64,000 nucleotides of DNA, taken from NCBI GenBank assembly GCA_008632985.1, contig QPGO01000092.1, forward strand, positions 1-64,000, in the 5' to 3' direction. The notes under the pieces are model-generated. The model did no database searches. It saw nothing but the letters and a program-made list of their open reading frames with translations, and was not told the DNA's origin. Origin of the DNA: Psammoneis japonica. Lineage: Eukaryota. Below, in pieces: positions 61,740 through 64,000 of the stretch. A program made the position numbers and the translations under genes. How positions within the stretch are numbered: position 1 is the first letter of the stretch; every line of letters starts with the position of its first letter.

Positions 61740-63253
61740 ATGAAGCGTTTTAGTTGGTGCATCTTACTTGCGATCCTTGTGAATACCAAAGGAAGGATTC
61801 CTATCTATGTGAAGGGGCAAGCACAGTCCGAGTCTAGTAGGAAGGAGGTACGTGTAACATATAAACGAGGATGAGACTCGCTCAGTGGAAGATCGTTTCT
61901 AAGCTGATACCTACTGTTTTTGGGTTCCCCCAGGATAGCAACTTTTTTCGACGTGATTTATTGGAAAACTGTGTCGATGATCCGCCAGGCTTCTATGATG
62001 CCGGAGGACGTCTTTTCGACTGTGCTTGGTATGCGGAGGGAAACCGATGCAGCTACTTTGGGCATTTGAACGAAAATAACGGACGTACCGCGAATGACGC
62101 ATGCTGTGTGTGCAACGGTGGGATCACCAAGACTTCACTGCCGACTTTGTCACCAATCCAGTCTCAAACGCTCGAGCCTACCATGCATCCTACATTTCCA
62201 CCAACGCTACCTTCGCCGTTCTACCTTCCGACACTGTATCCCACCGCAGGGCCAACCAAACCCGACATTACACAAAGTCCGTCAACGAAACCTGCTGATT
62301 TTACCTCATCGCCTTCCACCCAACCGTCACAACAACAAGGCCAAAACAAGACTATTATTAGCTTCTTTGGGCTAGCCGATAGTCCCTACAGCGTGGACGA
62401 GCGGTTCTGCTTGAACATGGCATTGCGTGATCTCGATCTTGCCGCTGCTGACGCCTCCCATGTTATTCACCTTGGTGACATTAAGAACCGGCAGTCGGCA
62501 TGCAATGAAGAAGCTTACAATGATATTGCAGAAATATTTATACACCCTTCCAACGCAATCAACTACGACCCTCGTGATTGCTTCTTTGTGCCGGGAGACA
62601 ACGAATGGCATGATTGTACAAACGCTTCCGAAGCTTGGGATCGTTGGACAAGGAACTTTGGTATCAACAACCCGTATGGTTTTGGCACTCTTTCAGATGG
62701 TGAAACAGTCGTCACACGTCAGACGGGTGTGTTACGAGAGCCAGGTGTAGATCGCAGCGAGAACTTTGCCTTTTTCAAAAACCAAGTTCTTTTCATAGGG
62801 CTAAACATGGTCGGCTCCAAAGAACTGATCGGCGATGAGTCAATTCGACTGGCTCAAAATTTTGAATTTGTAAGAGAACAGCTTGAGGTGTACTCCAACG
62901 GAACCTTTGGAATGAAAGCGGCTGTTGTGTTTGGTCATGCAAGTATCGGAAACTTCCGTGCCCAGTATTACGGCCAACCCTTCAAGACGTTGTTGAGACA
63001 AAAGTATCGAAATCTTTCAGTATTACATCTACATGGAGACGGACACGTATATAACAAGGGTAATCCTGATCCGCATAACCTCAACTTGGTGCAAGTTCAG
63101 CTCGATTCTGGGAGAAAGGCTCCTCCGGTGTTGGTTTCAGTGATTGAAAAACGTGATGGGAGCCACGAGTTTCAGATAGATAGGAGGCAAGGTCGATTTG
63201 ATGGCTTCTGTCCAATGGGAGACAAGGAGAAAACTTGGCTCGCTCCTATGTAG
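61740..63253 (+). CDS. Secreted calcineurin-like metallophosphoesterase, paralog 2, with Cys-rich module and Pro/Thr stalk; intron ~61848-61933
   Basis: Signal-like MKRFSWCILLAILV; CVDDPPGFYD...CAWY...ACCVCNGG; ADSPY, HLGDIK, PGDNEW, FGH, LHGDGH. Confidence 0.85.
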
Positions 63254-63542
63254 GTGCCCCCAAGCGTAAGCAAGGACCTCGGTCATCTCGGGCAGATAGG
63301 TATCTCGTCGTGGACGAGTTTGTTTGGCCTAGTGCAACCGGTATTTTTTAAAATTGAAAATTTGACGTCGGGCGTTGAGAGCATACAACAAATCCAAAAG
63401 GATGTAATAATACATTGACTGCATTATGATATATTACATAGTTGTTCATTCTAAAGAACATTAGTTGCCGACCGTTGAGATAGCACAGAAATCAATCAGA
63501 CGTCCAAAAGGCCACAAAATGAAAAAATCAGTGATTTCAAAC

Positions 63543-64000
63543 ATGGGAGGATTAGTCTCTTCGCTCCTGAATGAAACTACTCCCGAACCAACAATAAGCC
63601 CTACATTTTCGCCGACGCTACCTTCGCCGTCCTACCTTCCGACAACATATCCTACCGATTCTTCATCTCATCAACCTACTTCGGCACCGACCCTGTCCCA
63701 AACGTTCGAGCCCTCGATATATCCTACATTTTCGCCAACGCTACCTTCGCCGTCCTATCTGCCGACAACATATCCTACCGGTTCTCCACCTACGCCCAAG
63801 ATCACACAAAGTCTATCGATAAAACCTGATTTCACCTCATTTCCTTCGATCCAACCATCACAGCAAGGTCCAAATAGGACAATAATCAGTTTCTTTGGAC
63901 TGGCTGATACTCCATATAGTGTCAATGAGAGGTATTGCCTCAACATGGCATTACGAAACCTAGATGCTAGCTCGGAAACATCCTTCATTGTTCATTTGGG
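63543..64000 (+). CDS. Metallophosphoesterase paralog 3, 5' part (runs off window; true start may be further upstream)
   Basis: Open frame from ATG 63543: duplicated PTFSPTLPSPSYLPTTYPT stalk, then TIISFFGLADTPYSVNERYCLNMALRNLD...VHL. Confidence 0.8.
   Translation, partial: MGGLVSSLLNETTPEPTISPTFSPTLPSPSYLPTTYPTDSSSHQPTSAPTLSQTFEPSIYPTFSPTLPSPSYLPTTYPTGSPPTPKITQSLSIKPDFTSFPSIQPSQQGPNRTIISFFGLADTPYSVNERYCLNMALRNLDASSETSFIVHL

Overview
Eukaryotic nuclear DNA, most likely from a diatom (short GT-AG introns, DUF6824 and helicase-associated domains, bipartite-type targeting peptides). Positions ~30.7-64 kb are ordinary gene-dense sequence: an alpha/beta hydrolase, an Rdx-like protein, a DOT1-like methyltransferase, a proteasome alpha subunit with a signal peptide, three metallophosphoesterase paralogs, a TAZ zinc finger, an aldo-keto reductase, a minimal PI3K-like kinase, a tandem-DUF6824 protein, homomeric acetyl-CoA carboxylase, MSH6 and a KH protein. 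Positions ~2.5-30.4 kb contain three domains of decayed repeats and pseudogenes, including a full-length Ty3/Gypsy element (LTRs, 5-bp TSD, PPT) and a CRE-like non-LTR remnant, with normal genes left between them as islands. The main observation is that TpA dinucleotides have been almost erased in these domains by TA->CA/TG transitions, alongside CG->TG/CA decay. The LTR pair, a duplicated gene and Tyr->Cys/His changes in conserved retroelement motifs show the direction of change. This looks like a domain-restricted, A:T->G:C hypermutation process, opposite in direction to fungal RIP. Scattered single-base frameshifts in otherwise intact genes look like assembly homopolymer errors. All alignments and counts were done by eye.
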